From positions 49,848,001 through 49,912,000 of the forward strand of contig OX597827.1 of assembly GCA_951406725.2 (NCBI GenBank): a DNA stretch of 64,000 nucleotides. Reading direction: 5' to 3'. Both the position numbers and the translations under genes were made by a program. The notes beneath the pieces were generated by a model that was given only the letters and a program-made list of their open reading frames with translations, made no database searches and was not told where the DNA came from. The stretch is from Octopus vulgaris (Eukaryota). How positions within the stretch are numbered: the first letter of the stretch is position 1; each line of letters opens with the position of its first letter. Shown here piece after piece: positions 1 through 13,085 of this stretch.

Positions 1-664
1 CCATGGTAATAAATTATTTTAATTTATTACCCTCATATTTACGATACACACACACGCATATATATAGGCGCAGGCGTGGCTGTGTGGTAAGAAGCTTGCT
101 TCCCAACCACATAGTGGCCCACCAAAGCCTTGTCAGTGGATTTGGAAGGCGGAAACTGAAAGAAGCCCGTCGTATATATGATTGATTGATTGATTCTAGT
201 TTCAGCTCATGAGCTGTGGCCATGCTGGGGCACCGCCATATATATATATATATGTATATATATATATGTGGCCATGCTGGGGCACCGCCATATATATATA
301 TGTATATATATATATACATGAGTATGTATATATGTGTGTGTCCGTGTTCCCCCGTCATCTCTTGACAACCGATGCGGTGCGTTTATGGCTCCGTAATCTT
401 GCGGTTCAGAAAAAGAGAACGATAGAATAAGTCTAGGGGTCTCTTTTTTCGACTAAAACCCTTCAATTACTTTACGCTTGATAGCGGTTATATACTCTGC
501 TATTGTGAGGGCCAACAAGGTCTAAGGTAGTATTTCCGGGTTTTCAGTAGCCAATAACTTGAAAATCATCAGTAGGGCTGCTGGTTTGTGTGCAGTTACC
601 GAGTGCATATACACACCCAGGAGCACATATTCCACAAAAATATGTGTATGCATATATATATGTG

Positions 665-701
<37 letters not shown>

Positions 702-817
702 ATATGCATACATATATTCATATATATACATACACATGCATACACACACGCACACACACACTCATATTTACATACATATACATATACATAAATTTATTCA
801 GGAGTGGCTGTGTGGCA

Positions 818-1225
818 TAGGCGTAGGAGTGGCTGTGTGGTAAGTAGCTTGTTTACCAACCACATGGTTCAGGGTTCAGTCCCACTGCGTGACACATTGG
901 GCAAGTGTCTTCTACTATAGCCTCGGGCCGACCAAAGCCTTGTGAGTGGATTTGGTAGACGGAAACTGAAAGAAGCCCGTCGTATATATGTATATATCCA
1001 TGCTTGTGTGTGTTTGTGTGTCTGAGTTTGTCCCCCTAGCATTGCTTGACAACCGATGCTGGTGTGTTTATGTCCCCGTTACTTAGCGGTTCGGCAAAAG
1101 AGACCGATAGAATAAGTACTGGGCTTACAAAAGAATATGTCCCGGGGTCGAGTTGCTCGATTAAAGGCGGTGCTCCAGCATGGCCGCAGTCAAATGACTG
1201 AAACAAGTAAAAGAGTAAAAGAGAA
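818..1225 (+). mobile_element. tRNA-derived SINE family A, full length
   Basis: Head GGCGTAGGAGTGGCTGTGTGGTAAG (A box) ... GGTTCAGTCCC (B box), central (TA)/(TG) tract, tail GGCGGTGCTCCAGCATGGCCGCAGTCAAATGACTGAAACAAGTAAAAGAG. Many copies in the window. Confidence 0.85.
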
Positions 1226-1422
1226 AAATAATAATATATGTGTGTACTTGTATGTGTGAATGTGTGTATGCGCGTGTGTGTATGTGTGTGTATGTGTGTG
1301 TGTGTTCATATTTGAGATATTTGGTGACATTGATATTTTAAATACACCACTGTGTGTGATATTAAAGCAAGTATTCTAATAACAATAACGCAGTCTCATA
1401 CAAACATGTAAAAACAAACATA

Positions 1423-1481
1423 AACACACCAGCATCGGTTGTCAAGCAATGCTAGGGGGACAAACACAGACACACAAACAT

Positions 1482-1566
<85 letters not shown>

Positions 1567-1742
1567 CATACATATATACGACGGGCTTCTTTCAGTTTCC
1601 GTCTAACAAATCCACTCACAAGGCTTTGGTCGGCCCGAGGCTATAGTAGAAGACACCTGCCCAAGGTGCCACGCAGTGGGACTGAACCCGGAACCATGTG
1701 GTTGGTAAACAAGCTACTTACCACACAGCCACTCCTGCGCCT
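1423..1742 (-). mobile_element. SINE family A (3'-truncated)
   Basis: Reverse complement of 818-1075 with an expanded internal (TA)n(TG)n tract. Confidence 0.85.
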
Positions 1743-1984
1743 ATATTTCTCTTACATGTAGCAACATTATTTATAGGACACAGACAGACGCACACTGACA
1801 TACATAGATGTATGTATAATATATGTGCTCGAATGTGAATGTATGTATAGTATATGTGCTCATGTGCATATATATATATATATATACATATCGATAGATA
1901 CTTACATACATATGTACACACAAATGCACACGCGTAGAGACACATACATGTATAAGTGTATGTATATGTATTATATGTATATGC

Positions 1985-2020
<36 letters not shown>

Positions 2021-2299
2021 GTAGGTGTGTTTGTGTGTGTGTGCGTGTTTGTTTGCATATTATATGTTAAGTCTCTTGACATACATATGTAGAAAGGGTA
2101 TCACAATTAGCAAAGAAAAACCTTCGAGCAGTGGAGGCATAGAAAAATCTAGATCATCTCACTCCACTCTCTATTTTTCCTATTCGTATTTTCAATCCAA
2201 CCTTATTCCACATTCCCTTGAGACTAACTGGTGTTTTAATCGTAATATGCAGAAAAGTACGCCTAAGTACTAGTTTTACAACCAATTAGAACTATTAAA

Positions 2300-2640
2300 T
2301 CTTGTGCTTCATATGTATTATGTAGTACATTTATCATTTCTGGAAACATGCAGACTAGACCAAATTATACCGGACGGTCTTATGTCAATTATACCAATGT
2401 GTGCATCTCGGCCTTACGCGTCATTGCTTCAAAAGTTTAAATTGATTTCACATAATGGAAGTTATCATTGAACAGTATCTTTCAAAATTAGTATTGCTTG
2501 GTGCAGACATTAAGGAGAATTTGAGTGTCCTTGAACAGGTATGTTCTTCAAAAAATCGTTTCAAGTATTTCTGTAATTGTGAGATGAACTTTGAAAAAAT
2601 GGAAATTTCGTCTCCGAAGCCAAAAGTGAAAAGAAGCTGA
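2300..2640 (+). pseudogene. Probable N-terminal ORF fragment of a Penelope-like element
   Basis: VVHLSFLETCRLDQIIPDGL resembles the HxxFLxxCxxxxxIPxGL N-terminal motif of PLE ORFs. Continues as the ORF 2455-2640. Confidence 0.45.
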
Positions 2641-2859
2641 AAAAGCGGATTTTCCATTCTTCTGGGCAAGGGAACATTTTGGTTGAGAAAATGCCAAACC
2701 AAATGTCCAAACAAGGGAAAAACACCATGAATGCATCCAGAAGAGAAAAAAAACAATATAACAAATGTAAGAAAAGGCAAGTACAAATATAAGAAAATAG
2801 CAGGTACTGAAGGCTAGTTTTTATATATAAATGTAGTTTTACAAAATCTCTTGGGCCAG

Positions 2860-4222
2860 TGGTCTCGACGACCACTGCGGGTTGTCGTTCCGTGTGTTGG
2901 TGGAAGTGGAGATGACGTGTGTGAAGCGGTGTGTATGTTGGGGTGGGTATATGAGGCTCCGGAGTATAAGCATCTGTATGGGATCTTTTAAGTCTATCAA
3001 CAGAGACGGTGTCTCTGGAACCATTGCAGTCAATCGTGAAATGTTTGTTAGAACGAGAAAGAAAACAATAAGGTCCTGAGTAAGGTTGAGTGAAAGGACT
3101 TCTCACGACGTCGTTTCTGACGAAAACGTGGGTTTACGAGGCCATATCCCTCGGGACCGCAGGTTTCACGATTTGATGCCAAGTGTTCATTGGTGGCTGG
3201 GCTTGAAGATAAGTACGAAAGCGGTTCCTATAAAGAGCAGGATCCTGAGTCGGAAGGTTTGCTGGGGCAAGTACCAGCCCAATGAAGTCCGAATGCCGAC
3301 AAGTACTATGGGGAGGTACTCGAACCACCGTTGATTATCAGAGTAAGCATGAAACCCGGCTTTCAACTGCCGATGGAAGCGCTCCACTATTCCATTGGAT
3401 GCAGGATGGTAGCTTGTAGTACGGACCCGTTGGGCACCGATGATCTTAGTAAGTTCCAAGAAAAGGTGGGACTCGAACTGCCTACCACGGTCTGTAGTGA
3501 TGGTGATATGAACACTGTAGCGTGATATCCAAGGCTCGCGCTACAGAGTAAGCAGAAATATCAATTAGAGGAATGGCTTCGGGTCAACGAGTGAAACGAT
3601 CAATGCAAGTAAGAATGTAAGTATATCCTTGACTGACAGGCCAGGTCCAACAAGATCAATGTGATTATGGCGGAAGCGAGTGTCTGGTGTGCTGAAAGTG
3701 CTGAGGGGTGCACCTTCAACCTTTGACAGTGGAGGCAAGAACGAGACCAGCCAGTGATGTCATGCCTCATATTTGGCCAGAAGAATCTAACCGTAATGAG
3801 TTTCACCGATACTGAGGCTCCAGGATTCGATACATTATGCTGGAGTTCGAGTACAACAGCTCGTCTATGAGTATTTAGGACGAAAGGACGAGGGGAATCT
3901 GTCGAGATGCCACACAAGATCATCTAGTCGGAGATTAGTACAGGCAAGTAGTTAAATTTGCACGTGCAAACTCTGGTGAAGTTATCTCGAGTGAGTGCAG
4001 AGGATGATGCTGTGAGGACAAAACATTCAGATCAATATCCATAGTGGACGCGAAAGAATTGATCGGCAGGCGGGACAATGCATCTGCAGTAGTGTTTTGA
4101 ACACCAGAGATGAGTTGAATATCGCTGGTGAACTGCGATATAAAGTCCAGATGTCGAGTCTCTCTCGGTGAGTACTTTTCCGGATTGGACCGCAAGGCAA
4201 AAATATGTTTATTGTCAGGTTA
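2860..4222 (-). mobile_element. Degenerate Ty3/Gypsy pol fragment (RNase H end, integrase H2C2, core, GPY/F)
   Basis: KYSPRETRHLDFISQFTSDIQLISGVQNTTADALSRL; FFWPNMRHDITGWSRSCLHCQR; TTSYHPASNGIVERFHRQLKA; QPYSGPY...DTVSVDRLK. Frameshifted. Confidence 0.92.
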
Positions 4223-4224
4223 AT

Positions 4225-4590
4225 CCGGAAAAAGGAGATTCCTTCATAATTAGAGTATTCTTTTTTGTCTCCTTAAAAAAAATCACTAAATGTTTATCAC
4301 TCCAGTGTCTTTCCAGAGTTCCAAGCCATCCGGTATGTACTAGTCAGCCAGTGAATAACTTCTTTATTGAAAGCTTCTAGCATCACAGGCCGAATCTCAT
4401 CCTTCCTAGCAAATTTTCTTCATTTGGGCACTTTAATCGCCTCTATAACTTCAGCCTCTGTGAGCTTACTTTTTGCTCCTAGATGTACTTCATATCCACC
4501 AGAAGACTTTGTTGTGACTGGATTTGAGAATTCTGCAAAGTATTCCCTCTACCTTCCTCCCAAGGATGCTTTTTCTCTGGGAGAGAACAC
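4225..4590 (-). mobile_element. RTE-type LINE ORF2 fragment (upstream of and into RT domains 0-1)
   Basis: Minus-strand [10 protein letters not shown]...[33 protein letters not shown]...SNYEGIS. Contains stops and frameshifts. Confidence 0.7.
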
Positions 4591-4817
4591 CAGCCGAGTT
4601 CTTAATGGCAGGTGTGGAAGAAAGTTTCTAATTACGAAGTCAGTGTGTGTTGTGCCAGAATACTTTATTAGCCGATCTAAAGTCAGAGTCCAGTACAACC
4701 CCGTTGTGTATATATATGTTTATACAAATATACACGCACACACACGCACGGATGCATACACACACAAACACGTATATGCGTGCATGTATGTATACACGCA
4801 TACATATATATATATAT

Positions 4818-4897
<80 letters not shown>

Positions 4898-4899
<2 letters not shown>

Positions 4900-5158
4900 C
4901 ACCGTGATCACTGTGACCGACCAGGCTATCAGATGTTGCAACACATTGCTGGTCACAATGCGCTTCGCATTAAGCGAGCAGGCCAACAGAAGAAAGAGTG
5001 AGAGAAAGTTGTGGCGAAAGAGTACAGCAGGGATCGCCACCACCCCCTGCCGGAGACTCGTGGAGCTTTAGGTGTTTTCGCTCAATAAACACTCACAACA
5101 CCCGGTCTGAGAATCGAAACCGCGAGTTCGCTGCCCTAACAATTGGGCCATTGCGCCT

Positions 5159-5162
<4 letters not shown>
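4898..5162 (-). mobile_element. tRNA-derived SINE family C
   Basis: Minus head GTGGAGGCGCAATGGCCCAATTGTTAGG..GGTTTCGATTC. A second, more complete copy lies at 5640-5935. Confidence 0.75.
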
Positions 5163-5231
<69 letters not shown>

Positions 5232-5459
5232 AGTATGTATACACACACACACGTGCGCACATACACACGACACGCACACACATACGCACGCATACATACA
5301 CAAATAGATATAAGTAATTATTTGGACTTTGGGTATACGCTTACCTGATGTCATCCACAGTTTTGACATAAATGTCACTGGATCTAAATCGGGAACTCCG
5401 CAGTTTTCGTTGAATTTATAGAGAATGAGGGAAACGGAAAATGTGTGTGTGTGTATGTG

Positions 5460-5514
<55 letters not shown>

Positions 5515-5545
5515 GCGTGTATGTGTATACATATGTGTATGCATG

Positions 5546-5600
<55 letters not shown>

Positions 5601-5639
5601 ATATATATATATACATACATACATGCATACATATATATG

Positions 5640-5935
5640 TGATCACCGTGACCGACCAGGCTATCAGATGTTGTTACACATCACTGGTCACAGTGCACTT
5701 CGCATTGTTTTAGCCTCCAAATGACGCCACCCCGCTGGCAAAGCGAGCAGGCTAACAAAAGAAGGAGTGGGAGAAAGTTGTGGCGAAAGATCACCACCTA
5801 CCCACTGCCGGAGCCTCGGGGAGCTTTAGGTGTTTTCGCTCAATAAACACCCACAACACCCGGTCTGGGAATCGAAACCGCGATCCTACAACCACGAGTC
5901 TGCTGCCCTAACCACTGGGCCATTGTGCCTCCCAC
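5640..5935 (-). mobile_element. tRNA-derived SINE family C
   Basis: TGGCCCAGTGGTTAGG A box and GGTTTCGATTCCC B box. Homologous to 4898-5162. Confidence 0.75.
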
Positions 5936-5982
5936 ATATATATGTATATATATATATGTGTGTGTGCGTGTATATATGTGTG

Positions 5983-6029
<47 letters not shown>

Positions 6030-6059
6030 ATGTGTGTATGTATATATATATATATATAT

Positions 6060-6353
6060 AACAATATTAAGGAATGGCCTTGATAGGCCATTCGACCCAC
6101 TAGAAAGAGCAGCTAAACTCAAACCGCTAAATAGTTGTAATTCAGAAATCAAAGGAAAATAAAAACATTTACCCTTATAATCTTTGGACTATGCATAGTT
6201 TCGACATACATATTGGCAAACCGATTTAACTAAATTAAATTAAATCTATTTTATTTTCCTTTGATTTCTGAATTACAACTATTTAGCGGTTTGAGTTTAG
6301 CTTCTCTTTCTAGTGGGTCGAATGGCCTATCAAGGCCATTCCTTAATATTGTT
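6060..6353. repeat. Near-perfect palindrome, 105-bp arms, in a TA microsatellite
   Basis: 6060-6164 versus 6249-6353, one mismatch seen. The spacer contains GAAA-CUAUGCAUAG-UC on the minus strand (6202-6187), the 3' half of a hammerhead. Confidence 0.85.
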
Positions 6354-6455
6354 GAATGTATATTATATATAGTCTGTTGACTATTTTTTTTCTTTGTCAC
6401 TGGACCGCTGGTGGCGAAAAATTCCTCTTGAATTTTTTGTTACCCTGATATTGAT

Positions 6456-6502
<47 letters not shown>

Positions 6503-6524
6503 TGTATGTATGTATGTATGTATG

Positions 6525-6633
<109 letters not shown>

Positions 6634-7608
6634 GTATATATATATCTGTGTGTGTGTGTGTATAACATGGATCAGACCGACAGACCGGCAGGCTGGCAGA
6701 CAGACAGACAGACTGGTCTCTATACCAGTATGTCGCAATGTTGAGTTGTCTTTGTGTTTATTCCTTTTCTTATCGTTTCATTCAGTGGAGTTAATCAGTC
6801 ATTAAGGTAACTGACTGACAATTTCTTTTATAAAAAAAAGACATCCTTTGTTAATATTGGGGCCAGACTATCATTGTTCAGAATGTTACCTCGACTAAAT
6901 CATCAAGGATTGGTAGACAGTAATCTAGAGTAACGACCCTTCGTACAGATGTGAACATATGTTATGCAATACGGGTGGGGTGAGAGAGGGGAGGTTCAGA
7001 AGGGAGTGAACATGTGATATGAAAACCTGTATGTGTTACACTTCAGTTGTTTACGAAAATAACTTTGTCAACATATATATTCTTTTATCATTTTACTGGC
7101 TTCAGCTATTAGACTGTGGCCATGCTGGGGTACCACTTTTGTGAATTTATTTTCTGATATCCGCCCCAGTAGTTTATTGCATATTTACTGTTAACTACAT
7201 GTTGTTAACAATAACTAATACTGCATAAATAGATACTGCAATAACACAAGCACACACCAAGCTGCATTAGTATCGTACAAGAACCCATTTGATTGTGGTG
7301 AAGTGAACTTCTTAACCGCACAGTAATATTTGCGCGTATATATCAGGCAGAATTAGTGTGGCCTTTGTGTTACAAAGGGCTTTGGTAGTTTTTGTTTATC
7401 CTATTTCTCTTATTTTGCTTAGCCACATGCTAAGACACATGCTCGAGATGCTAACAATGGGATGGAACCCAGTGACTCATGGCTGCAAAATAACCATGGC
7501 AATGCGTGACTACACTCATGCACACACATATAGGCATGTATTCGTGTGTGTGCTTGTGCGTGTATATATATACATGTATATATATATATATATGCGTGTA
7601 TATATATA

Positions 7609-7868
7609 GGGCGGCGAGCTGGCAGAAACGTTAGCAAGGGCTGCGAGCTGGCAGAAACGTTAGCATGCCGGGCGGAATGCTCAGCGGTATATCGTCTGTC
7701 GTTACGTTCTGAGTTCAAATTCCGCCGAGGTCGACTTTGCCTTTCATCCTTTCGGGATCGATAAATAAAGTACCAGTTTCGCACTGGCGTCGATGTAATC
7801 GACTTAATCCTTTTGTCTGTCCTTGTTCGTCCCCTCGATGTTTAGTCCCTTGTGGGCAGTAAAGAAAT
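7609..7868 (+). mobile_element. tRNA-derived SINE family B (head duplicated)
   Basis: GGCGGCGAGCTGGCAGAAACGTTAGC twice, B box GAGTTCAAATTC, core GCCTTTCATCCTTTCGGG..GATAAATAAAGTACCAG, tail CCCTTGTGGGCAGTAAAGAAATA. Other copies at 32357-32501(-), 40940-41107(-) and 45823-46053(-). Confidence 0.85.
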
Positions 7869-8049
7869 ATATATTTGATGAGGACAGTATCAAACTTATT
7901 ATATCGTATTACAAAGACGATATTGACCACAAGGGCAAGAAAATTCTTTGACCATCCTTGGATGTTATCCTAATGTTGCTGGTTGTATAGGGGGCCCCCA
8001 TAACATTTTAAGCTTCAGAGCCCCAATATTGTAGATCCGCCACTGCTAC

Positions 8050-8880
8050 CACCAATGAGTTCGCCCTGTTTTGGATGGTTTTTTACCAACATTTTAAAAT
8101 TATCACTACTTCTACTTCTACTCAATGCAACATAAAGTTGTCCATGGCTGAAAACTGGTGATGGTAGGATGATGTCAACAGTATTGAAGCTCTGCCCTTG
8201 TGATTTGTTTATAGTCATTGCAAATGCTGGGATAACAGGAAGCTGTTGTCTATTCATACTAAAGGGAAGGGTTGTATCACTGGGACGGAGGTTTATGCGC
8301 GGAATAAAGGCCTCCTCATCTTTCTTACTTCCACTAAGTATTTTCCATGAATGAAAAAATCCTTGAGTGAACCTCTCACTGGATTCAGGTTCTTTAGCAG
8401 CATGACTATCGAATGCCTCTTCAAGGTCAGTATATTTTAAAAACTCTACTGGACAATGTATAACAGCTTCGTTATTTTCTTCAACAATGGTGTCAAAGCT
8501 TCTGCAGGTTGTTGCCTTACTAGGCAATAATAATATTATGTGTTTATGTGAAGACAATCTTTGTTTTTTCCACCAAAAGTTCTCTAACAATGTTATTTGT
8601 AGATATCATGTTTTGGGGAATTTCTATGAGGTTTTCTTCCAGTCCTTCATTGTTGGAGAGGGTTCCATTTCCAACTTCTAAGAGCCACATTTTGAAGTCA
8701 TCTTGTTCAGCCATGCGCATATTTTCTGTCAAACTGAGTTTTGTTACGAAATGCCAGAAAGGAGATGGCTTAATTGGGGATTCAATTACTGCTGCATTGG
8801 ATCCTGTTGCGATGTCAGGTGCAGTTTGTCTGAAGTCTCTGCCAAGTCGGAGCACTTTTCCGCCGATCAATGGCTCTCAG
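8050..8880 (-). mobile_element. Helitron PIF1-type helicase fragment (pseudogenised)
   Basis: GGKVLRLGRDFRQTAP...LSLTENMR and IPRINLRPSDTTLPFSMNRQQLPVIPAFAMTINKSQGQSFNTVDIILPSPVFSHGQLYVALSRSRS. Frameshifts and internal deletions. Confidence 0.9.
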
Positions 8881-8939
8881 AGCATTGCATGATAACACTG
8901 ATACTTAAATTTTCAATTATGATAACATTGATGCTTTAA

Positions 8940-10230
8940 TTTTTCCTTAGGTGTGTGACAAGATCTATATTGTCTGTGTTTTGGCTGTAAGATTGGTAGT
9001 GCTTGTGGAGTCTGTATGTGTTGTAATTTGTATTTGAGGTGGCAGTATTGGTGAACGTGTTGTTATTGGTTGTCGTGTGTGTGCTGCTGCTGCTGTTGGG
9101 GAGTTCAGCTTGTTTGCGACTCCCCTTCTTTTCTAATAGTTCTTTATTTCTTTTTTGGTGTGGAGGCACTGTATGCCACTCCCTCTCCTCGACCTCAGTA
9201 CTTAATCAGTCCGTGTTGTTTGGGTTGGGAAGGGGAATTTTTCTGGGTCTTGGACTTGTTGTGGGGATTATTTGTTTGTGGTACTGCTGTTGCTGTTATT
9301 GTAGTTGTTGTTGTTGTTGTTGGTGGTGGTGGTCCTCTGAATGCTGTGGCTTTGGGTGTTGAAAAGTTCCATGACGGCTGGAGGCAGTATCACTGGTGGT
9401 GGTGGTGGTGTTGGTGGTGGTGGTGATGATGGTGATGGTGGTGATGGCGCTACTGTTACCTTTCGTGCATCGATCGCTGGTCTCTGCTGCCGCTGATGTG
9501 GTACTGACACTGGTGTTGGTAGCAGTGCAGGCCGCAGCTCCTTGCATTTGGGGCAATCGACCTTGAAGTGTTTATCACCACAGAAATAGCACCTCGGCTT
9601 CTTGCCTTCTACGGCCACGTGTAGTTTCGTACCATCCGGCAAGTTTATCGAGTTGAGGATGGCATTTATGCCCTCTTGTTCAATTTTGTTGGTGCGACTT
9701 GTGTACTTCCAGTATTGTGGCAGTGACCTCTATGACTAAGCGAACTGCAAATATTTATTCCTGGGGGCACCTCCCCAATTTTAATTCTCGTAACGCGCTG
9801 ACAAAGGTATGTCGGCACGATCATAAAATCTTCTGAATTTAGTAGCACTGTGGAATGCTGTCTTCCTTCTTCCTCTGTTGCAAAACGCACTTCTACAGTG
9901 CCGAACCATTTTCTACGCGTCGCATACATCTTCTCTTTCCAAATTGGTTTTAAAATTAATTCCAGTTGTTGCTGTGTTCCAGTCCTTTTTTCTTTTTGTT
10001 TATACATTTATAAATTATAGTTTTTTTTCTGTTTGTGTCTTTTATTATTTCTTGTGGAGTATTTAGTGAGACGCCTTGGAATGGTCAGGTGGCCAGTCTT
10101 CTGCCAGTGTGGCAGCTAGGCATGTGCTGGCATTTGATGCGCAGACATGCACTAAGGTTGCGCTACCTGCACCAATTTCTGGACGCTGAATGTGTGGGGG
10201 CTCCGTTTGTGAGGCACGTCTTTTCGTAGC
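8940..10230 (-). mobile_element. Tx1/L1-type LINE 5' region with ORF1 remnant (RRM-like plus zinc knuckle)
   Basis: FGTVEVRFATEEE...MIVPTYLCQRVTRIKIGEVPPGI; LPDGTKLHVAVEGKKPRCYFCGDKHFKVDCP; Pro-rich tail. Confidence 0.7.
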
Positions 10231-10249
10231 TCGTCTGCTAGACAGAGCT

Positions 10250-11170
10250 GCAGTCCTGGGTGAAGGAAAGGCCGAGCCCGAGTGCTTAGCACCTACTGTG
10301 TCGTCAGGCAATGATTAGTGGTGAGAGAAGTGCGACGACGTTCTCGGGGAGACACTGGGCGTCGACGGAAACTAACTGGCTAGTCTGTTTACGGAGGACT
10401 TTCCGGTCAGGAGCCACCACGGGTAACTTCCAGATGTCCTTGGTATGGCAGTGCTACTGAGGGTGGGGACGCTGCCAGTTCGGGATAAACTCTACAAGCT
10501 TGTCCAAAGCGCACGCAGAGCGACGAAGCCAACTTGCAATAACTCTTTCTCCGGGCATTGCTGATTTGTAGATATATGCCGAACAACTGCTGTCGCAATG
10601 GAACGGATTCGTCTGCCTCCCGAGTTCATAGCGATGATTGCCCCGCCGCCCTCCTTCAATCGGGCAGGCAAGACTGTTTTCCTTTGCTTGGTGACTGTGG
10701 CAAAAGAGGTTGTCTGGTGCATGAGGTTGAAACGATGAGGAGAGAGACATCCCTCATCGATTTTTTCAAGTTTCGCTCGCAAAGGAAAGTGAGGGTGGAG
10801 TGGGTTGTGCCGTCCTCGGTGAATTTATTGAAAAGTGAGTGGAAGTTGTGAAACTGGCAAGAGTAGATGGTACCACTCTGTTTACCTGTGAGTAGGAAAA
10901 AAATGAATTGGAGAGGGCACTTGCCCTTGCTGTCCAGGGAGATCTTAAACCCTCTCTGTGTCAGGAAAGCTACATAACTATCATCCTTTTCCCTTCTTTT
11001 CTTTTATTATTTTATGCTATGTATACTTCCCTTCTTTGTGTTGTTGTATACCATGTTTGTTGCGTTTTTTATCATTTCATCATATATAAAATACCACACT
11101 TTGTGTCTTTGTATTGTCCGCTTCATCCTGCGCCCTGGTGGCCAATAAAAGGAATCATCATTATTATTTT
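10250..11170 (+). mobile_element. Tx1/L1-type LINE 3' end (ORF2 C-terminus, 3'UTR, tail)
   Basis: ERIRLPPEFIAMIAPPPSFNRAGKTVFLCLVTVAKEVVWCMR is homologous to ORF 13494-13835. Tail CCCTGGTGGCCAATAAAAGGAATCATCATTATT at about 11133-11168. Confidence 0.7.
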
Positions 11171-12040
11171 TTATTTATCTGTTATATTATACTACGCGTG
11201 CCTGAATTTCTTTTTATTTTGTCCACGTATTAAGCTTAGGCCAAGGAAGGTAATAGTTCGTATGGAGAAATATATAAGGGGAGAGAGAGGGGGGAACTAA
11301 GCGTGAGAGAAACAGAATGAGAGAAAATGGGGTGAAGGTCTATATTTCTCTGCATTTGCGTGTTCAAATCGCAGATGCAGTCGAAATGTTTAACAATGAA
11401 GCAACGTCATGAAGATCTACAGATTAAAAGATATAGCGATAAATAGTTTAATTAAAGTGAAATAAACTTAGTGATCAGAAAGCTGTACACGTTACACTTT
11501 TATTATTTACGTGTTCCAGACCATGATGAGGTACCGCCATTATTCACGTATTTATTAATTACTAGGAGTAGCCGTGGAAATTTCCCGAAAAATGAGAATT
11601 AGCGTTCCTTTATAAATTGTATATTCTGCATACCTTTGGTTTAAAAATACATTTCAGTCCTTCTGGATAAGGCTGTAATTCAAGGAGCATGAATTTCCCA
11701 TACTCTCAGAAGTTCGGAGGTTCATTTATAAATCTAAGAGCTTCACAATGATAACAGAGAATATTTATATCACTAACGTAACTATCAACCGTGTGTTTAC
11801 AGGTTTTTTTTTCTTTTTGGCGTTCCCTCTGATTTACATCTTATATTCTAGCTTGAATACATCCCCTTATCTGTTGTAAATACTTACTCTATACTCTTTC
11901 ATTCATATCTTCTATACGCTGATGCTCCCGTGCTTGTTCTAGTGTTTCGACCCTTTGCTTCTCTTTGCGTCATTGACTAATCGGTTTCATTATTTCTGTT
12001 GTTAGCTTACATCGTCTGTCAGCTATATTTTATAAACAAA

Positions 12041-12421
12041 CTAGCAGTATCGCCCGGCGTTGCTCGGGTTTGAAAGAGAAATAACTATATAAGCATTTTT
12101 AGAGATGTAAAGTATAATAGCCATCTCAATATGGCTAACCTACTGTAGCTTTTTACGTTCTGAGATTTAATAATAAATTTTTAGAGAGTTACTTCCCTTA
12201 TATATGCCAAAAATGCATTAAAAATGGGGAAAATTGATGGTAAATTTTTTTTTAAATCGTAGACTCATCGTAGACGCGCGCTAATACCCAGAAGGGCTCG
12301 ATATGAATCACGACTATAAGATACCCGGTTTTGGTTAAACTGCACCGCAAAATGTGGGAGTAGTTAGGAATCTAAATCGTAGGAGACAGACAGCACACAA
12401 CCTCTCTTTTATATATAAAGA
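12041..12421 (-). mobile_element. Non-autonomous Helitron
   Basis: Minus strand starts TC (A|TCTTTATATATAAAA) and ends with the CCCGAGCAACGCCGGG hairpin plus CTAG|T. Inserted at AT with no TSD. Confidence 0.9.
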
Positions 12422-12804
12422 TATCAATTTTCAATGGAACAGACGATCAATAATTGCACTTATAAGTATGCGTTAAATGATAGGTGATATAAAAAAAAAA
12501 CTTAGTTCAATTTAAAAAATTACACTTTTCCTTATCCAATCACCACCGCCAACATCCAATTTAGATCAGTCTCGGTCTTTGCTTCACTATCGCCTTTTTA
12601 ATGTTTTCTTCTTTTTTTTTTAATGTGCACTTCTTTTCTTTTCCTTTTATATCATTTCCATTTTATGTAAATCCCAACAATTTATATCCGTCTTTGTTTT
12701 GTTCTCTTCCTCTGTTGCCCTGGTGACAAATAAAAGGAATCATCATTATCATCACCTTCAGCACTATCAACGCAATAGTCTTTGTCTTTGTCATCGTCGT
12801 TGTT

Positions 12805-13085
12805 GGTTCTTCTTTTTCTTCTTCTTCTTCTTCTTCTTCTTCTTCTTCTTCTTCTTCCTCCTCCTCCTCCTCCTCCTCCTCTTCTTTTTCATCTTCTTCT
12901 TCTTCCTCCTCCTCTTCTTCGTCTTCATCTTCATCTTCTTCTTTATCTTCTTCTTCATCTTCTTCTTTTTCTTCTTCCTCCTCCTCCTCTTTTTCTTCTT
13001 CTTCTTCTTCTTCTTCTTCTTCTTCTTCCTCCTCCTCCTCCTCTTCTTCGTCTTCGTCTTCTTCTTCTTCTTCTTCTTCTTTTTC
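12805..13085. repeat. (TTC)n/(CTC)n polypyrimidine microsatellite
   Basis: Direct reading of the sequence. Confidence 0.95.

Noticed and set aside
8015-8870. Host PIF1 helicase gene
   Set aside because: Intronless, frameshifted and with deleted motifs, and of Helitron-type sequence, so it is a transposon remnant.
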